Part shown: positions 37,359-48,079 of the stretch, in pieces
Position numbering within the stretch: position 1 is the stretch's first letter
How the letters are laid out: the number at the start of each line of letters is the position of its first letter
Assembly (NCBI GenBank): GCA_037310415.1
Contig: CP147780.1
Span: 2,272,001 to 2,336,000 of the forward strand
From: Candidatus Atabeyarchaeum deiterrae
Lineage (GTDB): Archaea > Asgardarchaeota > Atabeyarchaeia > Atabeyarchaeales > Atabeyarchaeaceae
DNA length: 64,000 nucleotides
Direction of reading: 5' to 3'
Notes under the pieces: model-generated
What the model was told of the DNA's origin: nothing
Seen by the model: the letters and a program-made list of their open reading frames with translations, nothing else
Databases searched by the model: none
Position numbers and translations under genes: made by a program

Positions 37359-38231
37359 ATGATTGTAGGTACTGAAGTCGGTAGCCTAGCTGATGTCGTG
37401 GAAACCATTCAAGCAGACAAAGGAGACAAAGTAGAGACCAGTTTTGAGTCTCTCCGTTTGACCAAGCATGCTAGGAAGTTAGCACACGCAGGCTTTCGGC
37501 ACATTGAACTGGCACTTGACACAAGGTTCACAGTGCCAGGATCTGCAGATAACGGCGTTATCCATGAACTACTTGAATTGAGAAGAGCTAAAGGAATCTC
37601 ATACTCAGTTCACCTGCCAATCTATGATACAAGTTTCATGAGTCTGAATGAACGGATTAGGAAAGCAACCTTGGAATGCCTGAAAGAAGTGATTGTGGCA
37701 ACAGAGCCCCTCGAGATAACTGGCTACATTCTTCACCCGACTCGCTACGTTGAAAATGAGATAGCTAGCTTACCCTTTGCGGCTTCAACCAAAAGAAAAA
37801 TCTACAACTATATCCTAGGAATTGGTGGACTAGGGCTCTCTGAATTGATCGATGCCGCTGGCGACCCTATGAAGATTCTTCTTGAACCCGATTGCGCCAT
37901 TCCCTTCGATGCAATCATCGATCCGCTAGTTCAGAAATACGATGTTGGCATTTGCTTTGATTATGGACATCATGTTATGTTCAAAATGAACCCATACAAG
38001 TTCTTCGACGAACGCAAAGACAGGGTTAAGGAGATTCATTTCCATGACGTGCAGGTCCAGTATAAGATAGACCATCTGCCACTCGGAGCAGGAACAACAG
38101 AATGGGTTCAGTTCATCAGACATATAACAAGGAAAAACGGGTTCGATGGAGTTCTACTCCTCGAGATGATGCAGTCAGCCGCGATCATGTCGTTGCCAAA
38201 GCTACTTAGTGTACTGGAAAAGCAGAGATAG
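37359..38231 (+). CDS. AP endonuclease 2/xylose isomerase-like TIM barrel metalloenzyme
   Basis: YSVHLP, CFDYGH, EIHFHD, DHLPLGAG, LLEM. Confidence 0.8.
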   Translation: MIVGTEVGSLADVVETIQADKGDKVETSFESLRLTKHARKLAHAGFRHIELALDTRFTVPGSADNGVIHELLELRRAKGISYSVHLPIYDTSFMSLNERIRKATLECLKEVIVATEPLEITGYILHPTRYVENEIASLPFAASTKRKIYNYILGIGGLGLSELIDAAGDPMKILLEPDCAIPFDAIIDPLVQKYDVGICFDYGHHVMFKMNPYKFFDERKDRVKEIHFHDVQVQYKIDHLPLGAGTTEWVQFIRHITRKNGFDGVLLLEMMQSAAIMSLPKLLSVLEKQR

Positions 38232-38250
38232 GAGAAACTGCTTCTTTTGT

Positions 38251-39315
38251 TCATCCTTCGTTGAGATAGGATCTATACTCTTTCATTACTTCCCCGAGTT
38301 TGGGCGAGTCGAATATCTTTGAGTGTGTGAACTCGTTTGCTGCTGATGTGTACATGTTCCTGATAATCTTCTTCAGCTCTGGGTCCATCTTTCCAGGGTT
38401 GGACTTGCATAGTTCTTTCCAGTCTTCGATACCCTTTGATCCAGCTTCTCTCTTTGCTTCTTCAAGATCCTTGTACCACTCGGTTTTCTTGTAGAACTGT
38501 CTTGCCACCTCTTTGCTCACGTTGGATCCTTGGTAGGTGAACCTGCACTCGTCCAATGTGCCGACGACATCAACAATAATCATCTGTCTCTTCGGGTTGA
38601 ATGCTAACTCGATTTTCCCATCTTCATTCTTGAGTTTAGCTTTTGAAGCGATGCTTGTAATCAGTTTGTCAACTTCCAGCAGTATGTCTTTGATCTCGTT
38701 TGTTTCATCATCTGTCAATCTCACGAGTTCTTGCGCTTCTCTCCACGTAAGATAGCGGTCTCCTTTCTCAAGTTTCGTACTCGGATCAAAATAGGGCTTC
38801 TTGAGTTGCTCGCCAGGTTTCGGATTGTGATCCAGCCCTAAGTCTTCAGGTCTCAGAATACCTTGATCAAGGCGTTTGAATATGGATGAGCCTTCAGGTA
38901 GTCCGTTTCTATATACAATCTCGAGCGGTATTAGGAAGTTTGTGAGCTCTTGCGTGTACACGCTATAATCGTATTTCAGTTCGCCTTTTTCAGCAACATA
39001 AGGTTTCGGTCTAATGACATTCACTAGGTCAACTTCCATGACATCCGTCGGTTCCTCCAGATCTTTGCTTCTGAGCCCGCTTTCGCCGTTTTGTGTTACA
39101 AGCCCCTTGTAGTGAGTTTTGATGTCAGTCTTCTTCTCCAGCTGCTCGAAACAATAAGCACCCATTATGCACAATGCTGCGCCTTTGTCCTCGATCAAAT
39201 CAGGCATTTCACCCCAATCGAAAACAGAATAACGATTTGAGAAATGGAATCTGCCTAGACCAAATTCATCCTTAGTTGGGGGGATTAAAACCTCAAGATC
39301 TTTGACACTTCCCAT
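38251..39315 (-). CDS. purC: SAICAR synthetase
   Basis: MGSVKDL, FSNRYSVFDWG, IPLEIVYRN, STKLE, DGKIE, DVVGTLDECR. Confidence 0.92.
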   Translation of the reverse strand: MGSVKDLEVLIPPTKDEFGLGRFHFSNRYSVFDWGEMPDLIEDKGAALCIMGAYCFEQLEKKTDIKTHYKGLVTQNGESGLRSKDLEEPTDVMEVDLVNVIRPKPYVAEKGELKYDYSVYTQELTNFLIPLEIVYRNGLPEGSSIFKRLDQGILRPEDLGLDHNPKPGEQLKKPYFDPSTKLEKGDRYLTWREAQELVRLTDDETNEIKDILLEVDKLITSIASKAKLKNEDGKIELAFNPKRQMIIVDVVGTLDECRFTYQGSNVSKEVARQFYKKTEWYKDLEEAKREAGSKGIEDWKELCKSNPGKMDPELKKIIRNMYTSAANEFTHSKIFDSPKLGEVMKEYRSYLNEG

Positions 39316-39390
39316 TTTGTGTCACCACCTTGCTTACTTCCATGTTTCTGCATGATATTACGGTATCTACATAAGTAATATGATGGCTAT

Positions 39391-41085
39391 TCATCCAAGA
39401 GTTATCGGTGGTACGAGTTCGGTCGGATCTTCAGGAACGTCTATTACTGAAGGTTTACCAGAGTCCTCCGCTTCTTTCAAAGCGTCGACTATCTCACTCG
39501 GTCTCTCGACTCTTCTGCCGAAGCATCCGTATGCTTCCGCAATCTTACCATAGTCAAGCTCCTTCTTGAAGTCGACTGACATCGTGCGTCCTCCAAACAT
39601 CGCATTCTGCCCGAATTTGATGAATCCCAGACTGAAGTTGTTGTGAACAAGAACTGTGATTTGTGTATTGGTTCTAATAGCAGTGTCTAATTCTGTTAAT
39701 GACAACCCGAATCCACCATCTCCAATGAAGGACAGGACTCTCTTGTTTGGTGCAGCCATTTTCGCTCCTATGGCAGCAGGAAACCCATACCCGATTGGAG
39801 CTATGCCTCTCGGAGCCGCAAAGAATCTCCCTGCTCTCGGCATGTGATATAGCATCGCGCCCCACAGACCAGCTGTACTGGCGTCGCACACAAGGATATC
39901 GGTGTCTGAGAGGTAGCTTCTGATTTCTTTGATTATTCTATGTGGCGTGCATGGGAACTTGTCCGAGTCAGTCTTTGGCGCTAGCGAGTCAAGCCATTCC
40001 TTCCTGAGTTTCGCCAACTCACATACCCTTGGCGCTTCTCCGATCGATCTCCCTTTTTTCTCTGTTCTCTCCTTCAGCGCGATTGTAAGTGACTGGAGAG
40101 CCAGCTTGGCGTCTCCTACCAGTCTTACTTTGGTGGGGAAGGTCTTCCCTATCTGTTTGGGGTCCGCGTCTACTTGGATTATTGTTTGGTTCGCTTTTGG
40201 AATCGCGTATTTTGCGGTGTCATAGTCGGTAAGCTTACTTCCAACAACGAGAACTAGATCTGAGTCCTTCAGTGCATTGTTGGCAAACCTGCTCCCGTAC
40301 ATTCCGACTGTACCTACAGAGAGGGGATGAGACTCTGATATTATCCCTTTTCCAGTCATCGTCGTTGCAACAGGCATGACAAGGAGAGTTGACAAGGTTA
40401 GTACTTCATCGTATGCCTGCGATATGATCCCACCGCCTCCTACAAGCATTATTGGTTTCTCAGATTTCAGCAGGAGTTCCGTGGCTTCTTTGATTCTTCT
40501 TGGATCTGGGTTGACTCTACGCGAAGGGTACATTCCGCACCCTTCTCCAATGAAAAGCTTCTCCTGATCAACCGTGCCAGAAAGGATTACGTCCTCTGGA
40601 AAATCAAGGACAACGGGACCAGGTCTATCACTTGTTGCTGTTCTAAAAGCTTTTCTGACGGCATCTGGAACACCTTCGGCTTTGCTGGTTCTCAGGGCCA
40701 GCTTGGTTATACTTTTGAATATGCGAATTTGATCGCATTCATGGGTGGCGTTCCTGCCAACAAAAGCTGTTGAAATATCGCTAATTAGCGCGACCACGGG
40801 GATTGAGCTATAGTATGCCTCTGCTATACCGGTAACCATGTTAAGCGCTCCTGGACCAACTGTTCCGTCACATACGCCTGGCTTGTATGAGAACCTTGCA
40901 TACCCGTCTGCCATGAATGCACCGTTTCGCTCATCTCTTACGAGTACGTGTCTGATTTCTGGTTGGAGTTCTCGGATTCCGTCGTATATAGATAGGGTTT
41001 CTCCTCCAGGCAATCCAAACACGTACTTGACGCCATAGTCACGCAGAAGTCTTGCAACCGCTTTTCCTGCATTAACCTTCGCCAT
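39391..41085 (-). CDS. Thiamine pyrophosphate-binding enzyme (acetolactate synthase-like)
   Basis: FGLPGG, RDERNGAFMADGYAR, GPGALN, GDGG...NN; start at ATG 41085. Confidence 0.9.
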   Translation of the reverse strand: MAKVNAGKAVARLLRDYGVKYVFGLPGGETLSIYDGIRELQPEIRHVLVRDERNGAFMADGYARFSYKPGVCDGTVGPGALNMVTGIAEAYYSSIPVVALISDISTAFVGRNATHECDQIRIFKSITKLALRTSKAEGVPDAVRKAFRTATSDRPGPVVLDFPEDVILSGTVDQEKLFIGEGCGMYPSRRVNPDPRRIKEATELLLKSEKPIMLVGGGGIISQAYDEVLTLSTLLVMPVATTMTGKGIISESHPLSVGTVGMYGSRFANNALKDSDLVLVVGSKLTDYDTAKYAIPKANQTIIQVDADPKQIGKTFPTKVRLVGDAKLALQSLTIALKERTEKKGRSIGEAPRVCELAKLRKEWLDSLAPKTDSDKFPCTPHRIIKEIRSYLSDTDILVCDASTAGLWGAMLYHMPRAGRFFAAPRGIAPIGYGFPAAIGAKMAAPNKRVLSFIGDGGFGLSLTELDTAIRTNTQITVLVHNNFSLGFIKFGQNAMFGGRTMSVDFKKELDYGKIAEAYGCFGRRVERPSEIVDALKEAEDSGKPSVIDVPEDPTELVPPITLG

Positions 41086-41260
41086 GGGATAGCCACCATC
41101 GATCCACAAAGAGATTCTCATTTGAACCCATATATAAGGGCAGGAGCCAGACTACTTTAATTTCAAATCGCACGCATTGAAAGTTGGTCTTTCGAAGCTT
41201 TTTCATGTGAAGGCGACCATGGAACTGATCGCAGAGAGAAAGTAGATAGATATAAAACGA

Positions 41261-42007
41261 GTGAAGGCGTTCTGCTACGAATGGTGTCACATCTTGCCAG
41301 GCGACTCGAACGGCGGTGGCTCAAGGTTCTTCTACAGATTTCACCACTACAAGATAGACATAGTATTGATTGCAGCGCTGATGATCGTGTTCGGTTTTCT
41401 ATTTGTGGGATTGATCGGCGGCGCATTCAGAGCGATTGGATTCAGTTGGCAAGTCGCGATGATCATTCTGTTCGGGTCATTGCTTGGATCATGGATTAAC
41501 ATACCCGTAGCCAAAATTATGACTCAAAGCCAGGTCCTTCAGGCGCAGAACGTTGAATTCTTTGGGATAGTCTTTAGGGTCCCTGCAATAACGCAGGTAA
41601 GAAGACCAACGGTGATTGCAGTGAACTTGGGCGGAGCGCTAATCCCGATCATTATCTCGGTCTACCTTTTCATCACAGTTCCTTCGATTCTTGTTATGGC
41701 TCTGATTTCGATAACAGTTGTGGCATTAATCATGTATTTTGTTGCGCGCCCCATCAGAGGACTGGGAATTGCCGCGCCAGCGCTTGTTGCCCCTATCACT
41801 GCAGCATTGTGCGCCATCATACTTGCCCTGCCACCATACACGTCGTACGTAGCTTATGTTAGTGGTGTGCTGGGAACATTGATCGGAGCAGATTTCGGAC
41901 ACTTGAAAGACATATCCAAGAGCGCGCCGAAAATAGCGGCGATTGGCGGGGCAGGAACCTTTGATGGGATTTTCATATCGGGGATCCTTGCGGCAATATT
42001 GGCTTAG
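41261..42007 (+). CDS. DUF1614 family membrane protein (true start probably downstream, near 41381)
   Basis: GSWINIPV, IAVNLGGALIP, GTLIGAD, IGGAGTFDGIF. Confidence 0.85.
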   Translation: MKAFCYEWCHILPGDSNGGGSRFFYRFHHYKIDIVLIAALMIVFGFLFVGLIGGAFRAIGFSWQVAMIILFGSLLGSWINIPVAKIMTQSQVLQAQNVEFFGIVFRVPAITQVRRPTVIAVNLGGALIPIIISVYLFITVPSILVMALISITVVALIMYFVARPIRGLGIAAPALVAPITAALCAIILALPPYTSYVAYVSGVLGTLIGADFGHLKDISKSAPKIAAIGGAGTFDGIFISGILAAILA

Positions 42008-42131
42008 AATTGAATCAAGGAACCGGCGAGTAGTCTGAAAGGACGGGCTATTGATCGCCATGCTTATTTACAATTGAGAAACAATAGATAACGTATAACC
42101 GAGAAAGAGATGAGAGGAGGAACCAAACAAT

Positions 42132-42287
42132 ATGCCGTTTGACATGAAAGACGTTCTGGTTGGCTTGATATTGATAACATTTGGAATACTATGCATCGTT
42201 ATCCCCTCGCTTATCGGATGGCTGGTCGGCATAGCATTCATAATAGTAGGGGCAGTGCGATTGTTGCCCTCCAGTGAAAAGAAGTGA
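42132..42287 (+). CDS. Small 51-aa two-TM membrane protein (DUF3096-like)
   Basis: Below track cutoff: MPFDMKDVLVGLILITFGILCIVIPSLIGWLVGIAFIIVGAVRLLPSSEKK; GAGGAGG SD. Confidence 0.75.
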   Translation: MPFDMKDVLVGLILITFGILCIVIPSLIGWLVGIAFIIVGAVRLLPSSEKK

Positions 42288-42306
42288 CTCTTTGACGTGG
42301 TTCTTG

Positions 42307-42819
42307 ATGAAGATGACTTTGGCGACGGAAAATGACGTCGATAGACTAATGGACCTAATCAAGGCTTGCGTAGAAGACATGACATCTCAAGGAATCTACC
42401 AGTGGAATGAAAAATATCCCAATCGGCAGACAATAAGAAATGATGTTGAAAGCGAGTCCATGCATATTCTAAAAGGGAATAATGGAGTCATAGCAGCTAT
42501 TTCGATAAATGAGGAGCAACCTCCTGAATACAGGAGTCTCAGTTGGCTGGACCAAGAGGGTAGAGTTCTAGTGTTACATAGGTTGGCGGTCAACCCCAAA
42601 TGGCAGAAACAAGGAGTCGGGGGAAGGATCCTAGATTATGCTGAGAACTATGCCGTTGATAATGGGTACACGTCCATCAGACTAGATACTTACAGCGGCA
42701 ATCCCAGAGCATTGAGACTCTATGAGAGGCATCAATATAGGCGAGTTGGCCAAGTTCGTTTTCCCGGAAGAGATCTTCCTTTTTATTGTTATGAAAAAAT
42801 CTTGAGGAAGAGGACTTGA
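42307..42819 (+). CDS. GNAT family N-acetyltransferase
   Basis: QWNEKYP, HRLAVNPKWQKQGVG, RLDTYSGNPRALRLYE. Confidence 0.9.
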   Translation: MKMTLATENDVDRLMDLIKACVEDMTSQGIYQWNEKYPNRQTIRNDVESESMHILKGNNGVIAAISINEEQPPEYRSLSWLDQEGRVLVLHRLAVNPKWQKQGVGGRILDYAENYAVDNGYTSIRLDTYSGNPRALRLYERHQYRRVGQVRFPGRDLPFYCYEKILRKRT

Positions 42820-43006
42820 TCATGATGGGTAACTATATAGTCCTTGTCACATTAGATTCTTTTCCCCATTTACGCTGGTGCTCGAGAGCTACACTGGTAT
42901 AAATCAAATACGTGGCGCATAGTGTGGGGTTATTTCAGGACTTGTTGCAAGAAAAATGATCGAGTCTATCTTCTTCTTTGAAGAGAAGTCTCTGCCTGTC
43001 TGAGGG

Positions 43007-44059
43007 TCAAGGCGGGATTATTGCTACCTTGGCTACGTCCCCCGTTTCCATCAGTTTAAGCGCTTCTACCACACTCTTCAGAGGCATCTCGCGAGTTATT
43101 ATTGCTTTGGTGTTTATGGCGCCGCACTCCAAAAGTTTCAACGCTTTTTCCACATACATCGGGGTGTGGTGAAAGACACCTTTGATTGTAAGTTCTTCGT
43201 AATGGAATCTTCTCGTATCTATAGTGAACTTTGTTCCAGCTGGAGCTCCTCCAAAAAGCATTGTGGTTCCAGCCTTTCTTGTCATCTCAATTGCCATTTC
43301 CCAGGTCTGTGGTAGCCCGACTGCTTCAATCACGATGTCTGCGCCTCTGCCCTCCGTTAGCTCTTTAACTTCTGCAATCTGTTCCTCATTCTTTGCGCTT
43401 ATCACAATATCAGCCCCAAGGGCTTTGGCCGTTTCCAAGCGTTTCTGAGAGAGGTCAGTGACGATCACTCTACAAGAGCCGCTTCGTTTGGCAAGCTGAA
43501 GTAGCATGAGACCTATCGGTCCTGAGCCTATTATGACTACAGTGTCAGCTAGACTTATGCCAGCGGCAGCTACACCGTGAGCCACGCACGCAAGTGGTTC
43601 GACCAGAGCGGCGTCTTTGAATGAGAGGGTTGGGGGGATCTCGAAGGTGTTTTGGCGTACAATGTGTTCAGGTACACGTATGTACTCCGCATATGCGCCG
43701 CTTATGATGTTCTCGTTCAGGTGCTCGCATATGTTCTGTCGACCCCTCTTGCAGTAGAAGCATTCATTGCATGGCGCTGAGTTCGCTGCGACAACCCTCA
43801 TACCTTGCTTGAATTGTTTCACCTTTTCGCCAACTCTCTCAACTACTCCCGCGAATTCATGACCTAGAATCATGGGAAGCTTCTGAACCACCACAGGGTG
43901 TCCCCTTTTGAAGGTCTTCAAGTCAGTACCGCATGTGAGCGCAACGTTCACCTTAACGAGAATATCTCCGGCACAGATCTCAGGAATATCCGTCTCTTCA
44001 TATTTCATATTGCCCGGTCCGTAGTACATTGCTGCTTTCATCTTGCCCTTTGCACTCAA
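43007..44059 (-). CDS. Zn-dependent alcohol dehydrogenase (MDR family)
   Basis: CGTD, GHEFAG, CNECFYC..C, EPLAC, GSGPIG. Confidence 0.93.
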   Translation of the reverse strand: MSAKGKMKAAMYYGPGNMKYEETDIPEICAGDILVKVNVALTCGTDLKTFKRGHPVVVQKLPMILGHEFAGVVERVGEKVKQFKQGMRVVAANSAPCNECFYCKRGRQNICEHLNENIISGAYAEYIRVPEHIVRQNTFEIPPTLSFKDAALVEPLACVAHGVAAAGISLADTVVIIGSGPIGLMLLQLAKRSGSCRVIVTDLSQKRLETAKALGADIVISAKNEEQIAEVKELTEGRGADIVIEAVGLPQTWEMAIEMTRKAGTTMLFGGAPAGTKFTIDTRRFHYEELTIKGVFHHTPMYVEKALKLLECGAINTKAIITREMPLKSVVEALKLMETGDVAKVAIIPP

Positions 44060-44572
44060 CTTTCTCCGCCACCTCTGTAACTCGCCTGATACCCCTCAGT
44101 GGGATTAGGAAGAATAGACCAATAGTTCAGTCAAACTGTAAGTATTTCAGTACTGTCCTATCATATTGTGGAATACCTTTTTAAAATCTGTTGAGCAATT
44201 GCGAAAACTGCACGAAATGGAATGTGACAGCAGAGCATACTACCTCTATCAAAGTGTTAGTTTGAAGAACCCTCACTCTCTTTTTTCCGTGCCGAAACCC
44301 TCTGTTTATGCGTCAATCACACCAGCTTTAGATGCGCCTCTCCTTCTCTTACTGAGTATTTAGTTACTAAGTGTGAGGCGTGCAACCATGCAATCATTCG
44401 CCTGGGACCTCTACCAATGTGAAAGCAAGCACTCGCATATCATCATAGTCGAGCACATCAAGGAACTACTCCGTGGGAAAGTCGCGAAGAAGTCCTTGCC
44501 TGCGCAACAATGTTGCTTCGGCCACTGATCTCGAGGGTCTTCTCACACTACTGCAAAAGGTGAAAGCACACT

Positions 44573-44761
44573 ATGACGAAGAAGATACTGGTAGGTTTTG
44601 AGGACGACCAATTTGAAGCACTCAAGACAGCCAAAGCTGGCCTATCTTGGCGAGACTTCATATTGAAGCTGCTACCTCAGAAATCGCCAGAACTCACTGG
44701 TACAAGCAAACCCCAAGCGGTAATGGAGATTGCTCTAACACTGAACTTCAAAAAAACTTAG
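44573..44761 (+). CDS. Small RHH/antitoxin-like protein, possibly a frameshifted relic
   Basis: KKILVGFEDDQFEALKTAKAGLSWRDFILKL; GGTGA SD. Confidence 0.5.
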   Translation: MTKKILVGFEDDQFEALKTAKAGLSWRDFILKLLPQKSPELTGTSKPQAVMEIALTLNFKKT

Positions 44762-44886
44762 CAACCTGAACACCAAACTCGACCACGTGATTAACCTGCC
44801 ACACGAGGGTGAAACTATGCGACAAGAGCCACGTCAACCGGATATCGCCTTTAGATCACAGTTTCAGAACTAGGTGAACCGCAAGT

Positions 44887-47704
44887 CTTTCCAAACTACT
44901 AGGTCAATCTCAAACAGGAATTAGAGCAAAACGGTTTTCTAACGTTGTACACGTACTTTCCAAACTACTAGGTCAATCTCAAACTATCCAGATTCTTCTT
45001 TCCTTATTGGATGGACCATCTTTCCAAACTACTAGGTCAATCTCAAACGAAACTCGGGGTGCTGGCACACAGTGAATACCTATGCTTTCCAAACTACTAG
45101 GTCAATCTCAAACTGAAGACTCTGAGTTGGGTTCTCGTAGGCTTCACGTCTTTCCAAACTACTAGGTCAATCTCAAACGCTTCTAAGGCGTTTCTGGGGT
45201 TTCATTAGGAGACACTTTCCAAACTACTAGGTCAATCTCAAACCACTCTGGCTTGGAGGAGAACTCCAATGTGAGTTATCCTTTCCAAACTACTAGGTCA
45301 ATCTCAAACCGAGAAATGGGGCTTCCTCTTGCTGCCAGCAGCCTTAGCTTTCCAAACTACTAGGTCAATCTCAAACCCTCCGACCAACCTATTAGAATAA
45401 GGAAATGATTATTCTTTCCAAACTACTAGGTCAATCTCAAACGAAGGACGGGCTTATCTGTATGCCATATCCGCTTGCCTTTCCAAACTACTAGGTCAAT
45501 CTCAAACTAATGGAGGTCCTTGAGCATCTTGATGAGAAGCAGAGGGCTTTCCAAACTACTAGGTCAATCTCAAACGGGAATGTGGCATAAGAAGCCCTTG
45601 AAGTGGGTTCTCTTTCCAAACTACTAGGTCAATCTCAAACTAAGAAGCCGCAGGAAACGAAGAAACCTGAAGAACCTATCTTTCCAAACTACTAGGTCAA
45701 TCTCAAACAAATATTCTCTGATGCTTTCCGGTAACTCATTATTCTCCTTTCCAAACTACTAGGTCAATCTCAAACGAATACTACACAGTAGAACGCTGGA
45801 GCAAAATGATGACCTTTCCAAACTACTAGGTCAATCTCAAACTTGTGATTTTCACAACCATATTACATCACCACTCACATACTTTCCAAACTACTAGGTC
45901 AATCTCAAACTATATTGATGGAGATGAAGCCATATGAAAGATGAAGATCCTTTCCAAACTACTAGGTCAATCTCAAACTATATTGATGGAGATGAAGCCA
46001 TATGAAAGATGAAGATCCTTTCCAAACTACTAGGTCAATCTCAAACGAGGTAACACGTGCGTGGAATGCCTTCCAAGACGACATCTTTCCAAACTACTAG
46101 GTCAATCTCAAACTACCAATGTATTCCAAGGCATCATGCTTGACACCACATACTTTCCAAACTACTAGGTCAATCTCAAACCATAATACACCCCACTAAA
46201 GGAGAAGAACAACCATGATAAGAGCTTTCCAAACTACTAGGTCAATCTCAAACAGTTTAGGCCGAGGTGAAGAAGCTTGGGAGCATCTAGCTTTCCAAAC
46301 TACTAGGTCAATCTCAAACCTTTGGCGCCCAGTCCAAGACCCCATGCTCACCCCACTCTTTCCAAACTACTAGGTCAATCTCAAACCAGAGCTATTAGCA
46401 TGAAGGTGTTTCAACTATGGGTTCTTTCCAAACTACTAGGTCAATCTCAAACCACCGTATGGCACAATAGCCCTCGTTAACAATGGTCTCTTTCCAAACT
46501 ACTAGGTCAATCTCAAACGCAGCATCACAGTGTAGCGCTTGAACATGACGGGTGGGTCTTTCCAAACTACTAGGTCAATCTCAAACCATAATCAGCACCG
46601 GCTACACATACACGCTGTACTACTTTCCAAACTACTAGGTCAATCTCAAACAATATCACGAGCTGGCACACAATTGTTACTACAGGTTCGTCTTTCCAAA
46701 CTACTAGGTCAATCTCAAACAAGCAGACTACTATGTGGGCATACGGTTAACCCTCAACTTTCCAAACTACTAGGTCAATCTCAAACTCCGCGTCTCGCTG
46801 TGAGGTCTGCGGTTGCTTTCCTTCTTTCCAAACTACTAGGTCAATCTCAAACCAGATATAGCACTGGACAACTCAATTCATGTGGCAATTCTTTCCAAAC
46901 TACTAGGTCAATCTCAAACAGAGATCAAGATACTCCTTCCCATACGGCGGATCAGTCTTTCCAAACTACTAGGTCAATCTCAAACGTGGATATATCGCTC
47001 ACGGTTGCGTACTTTCTGCAATCTTTCCAAACTACTAGGTCAATCTCAAACGTGTGAGCACATGCTTCGAGTGGTCAACGAGCCAGTCTTTCCAAACTAC
47101 TAGGTCAATCTCAAACTCGACAGGACGGAAGGCGGCTACAACATCTTCATCATCTTTCCAAACTACTAGGTCAATCTCAAACTCTACACGATTGCCACAG
47201 CATACAGTGACTCACTGGCTTTCCAAACTACTAGGTCAATCTCAAACACAGGTGGACTCTACGGCATAATGAACCTAGGCATCTTTCCAAACTACTAGGT
47301 CAATCTCAAACTATCTTCTACTTCGTAGGCAACATAGTTTCTGGCATCTTTCCAAACTACTAGGTCAATCTCAAACGAAAGCCGGTGCAGCCATTGAGAT
47401 CTGCCTAACTCCTTTCCAAACTACTAGGTCAATCTCAAACTCTTCTGAGTCCAACTGGCCGGTGTACCGTCACCCCACTTTCCAAACTACTAGGTCAATC
47501 TCAAACCTTCCTCTGCCTCTACGTTGGGGTGCGCATGGTTCCCTTTCCAAACTACTAGGTCAATCTCAAACTTGAGGACCCACTTCTTATTTGGCTCGTA
47601 GCCATTCTTCCTTTCCAAACTACTAGGTCAATCTCAAACAGGTATGCAACATCATAGTTTCTTCTCAACCCTCATCTTTCCAAACTACTAGGTCAATCTC
47701 AAAC
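44887..47704 (-). CRISPR. CRISPR array: 43 identical 29-bp repeats, 42 spacers (35-43 nt)
   Basis: Repeat GTTTGAGATTGACCTAGTAGTTTGGAAAG (minus strand; 3' GAAAG handle typical of type I-B); counted manually. Confidence 0.98.
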
Positions 47705-47812
47705 CGAGCTTATGATGGCTGGTTTTGCCCAGAAATGCTCTTATTCTGGTTAGATTTGGTGTGCTGTTCGGTCAACCTGCGATACTGTTGCTTGCTTATA
47801 AAGGCTGACTAG
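47705..47812 (-). promoter_or_regulatory. CRISPR leader
   Basis: Non-coding 108 nt between the cas2 stop and the first repeat; TTTATAAG box at about 47795-47802 (minus). Confidence 0.7.
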
Positions 47813-48076
47813 TCATAGTATGTTTTCTATTGGGTTCTTTTCTATGCCGATAACTTCGAGTTCGAGGTTCTTTTTGCTTGGGAGTTCGTATACTAACACG
47901 GAGTCTGCTTTCTCGTCTATCAGTTCTTTGAGTCTTGCCTTCACTCGTTCGAGTTGCGACGATGATAGGTTTCCTTCGAATACTGAGTTTTGTCTCCAAT
48001 GGAGATATGTTTTCAGGAACTTGTTCACTTTGTTTATGCGTTCCACGTTGATGTCGTAGACTATGACTACGTACGT
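47813..48076 (-). CDS. cas2: Cas2 (ACG at the expected start position)
   Basis: (T)YVVIVYDINVERINKVNKFLKTYLHWRQNSVFEG; track start GTG 48046 omits the YD motif. Confidence 0.9.
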   Translation of the reverse strand, partial: TYVVIVYDINVERINKVNKFLKTYLHWRQNSVFEGNLSSSQLERVKARLKELIDEKADSVLVYELPSKKNLELEVIGIEKNPIENIL

Positions 48077-48079
48077 TTT

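Noticed and set aside
46539-47269. ORFs of 172, 73 and 71 aa inside the array
   Set aside because: They are translations of CRISPR repeats (SFQTTRSISN / LSKLLGQSQT).
44887-47704. Self-targeting spacers within the window
   Set aside because: None noticed by eye; an alignment is needed to exclude them.
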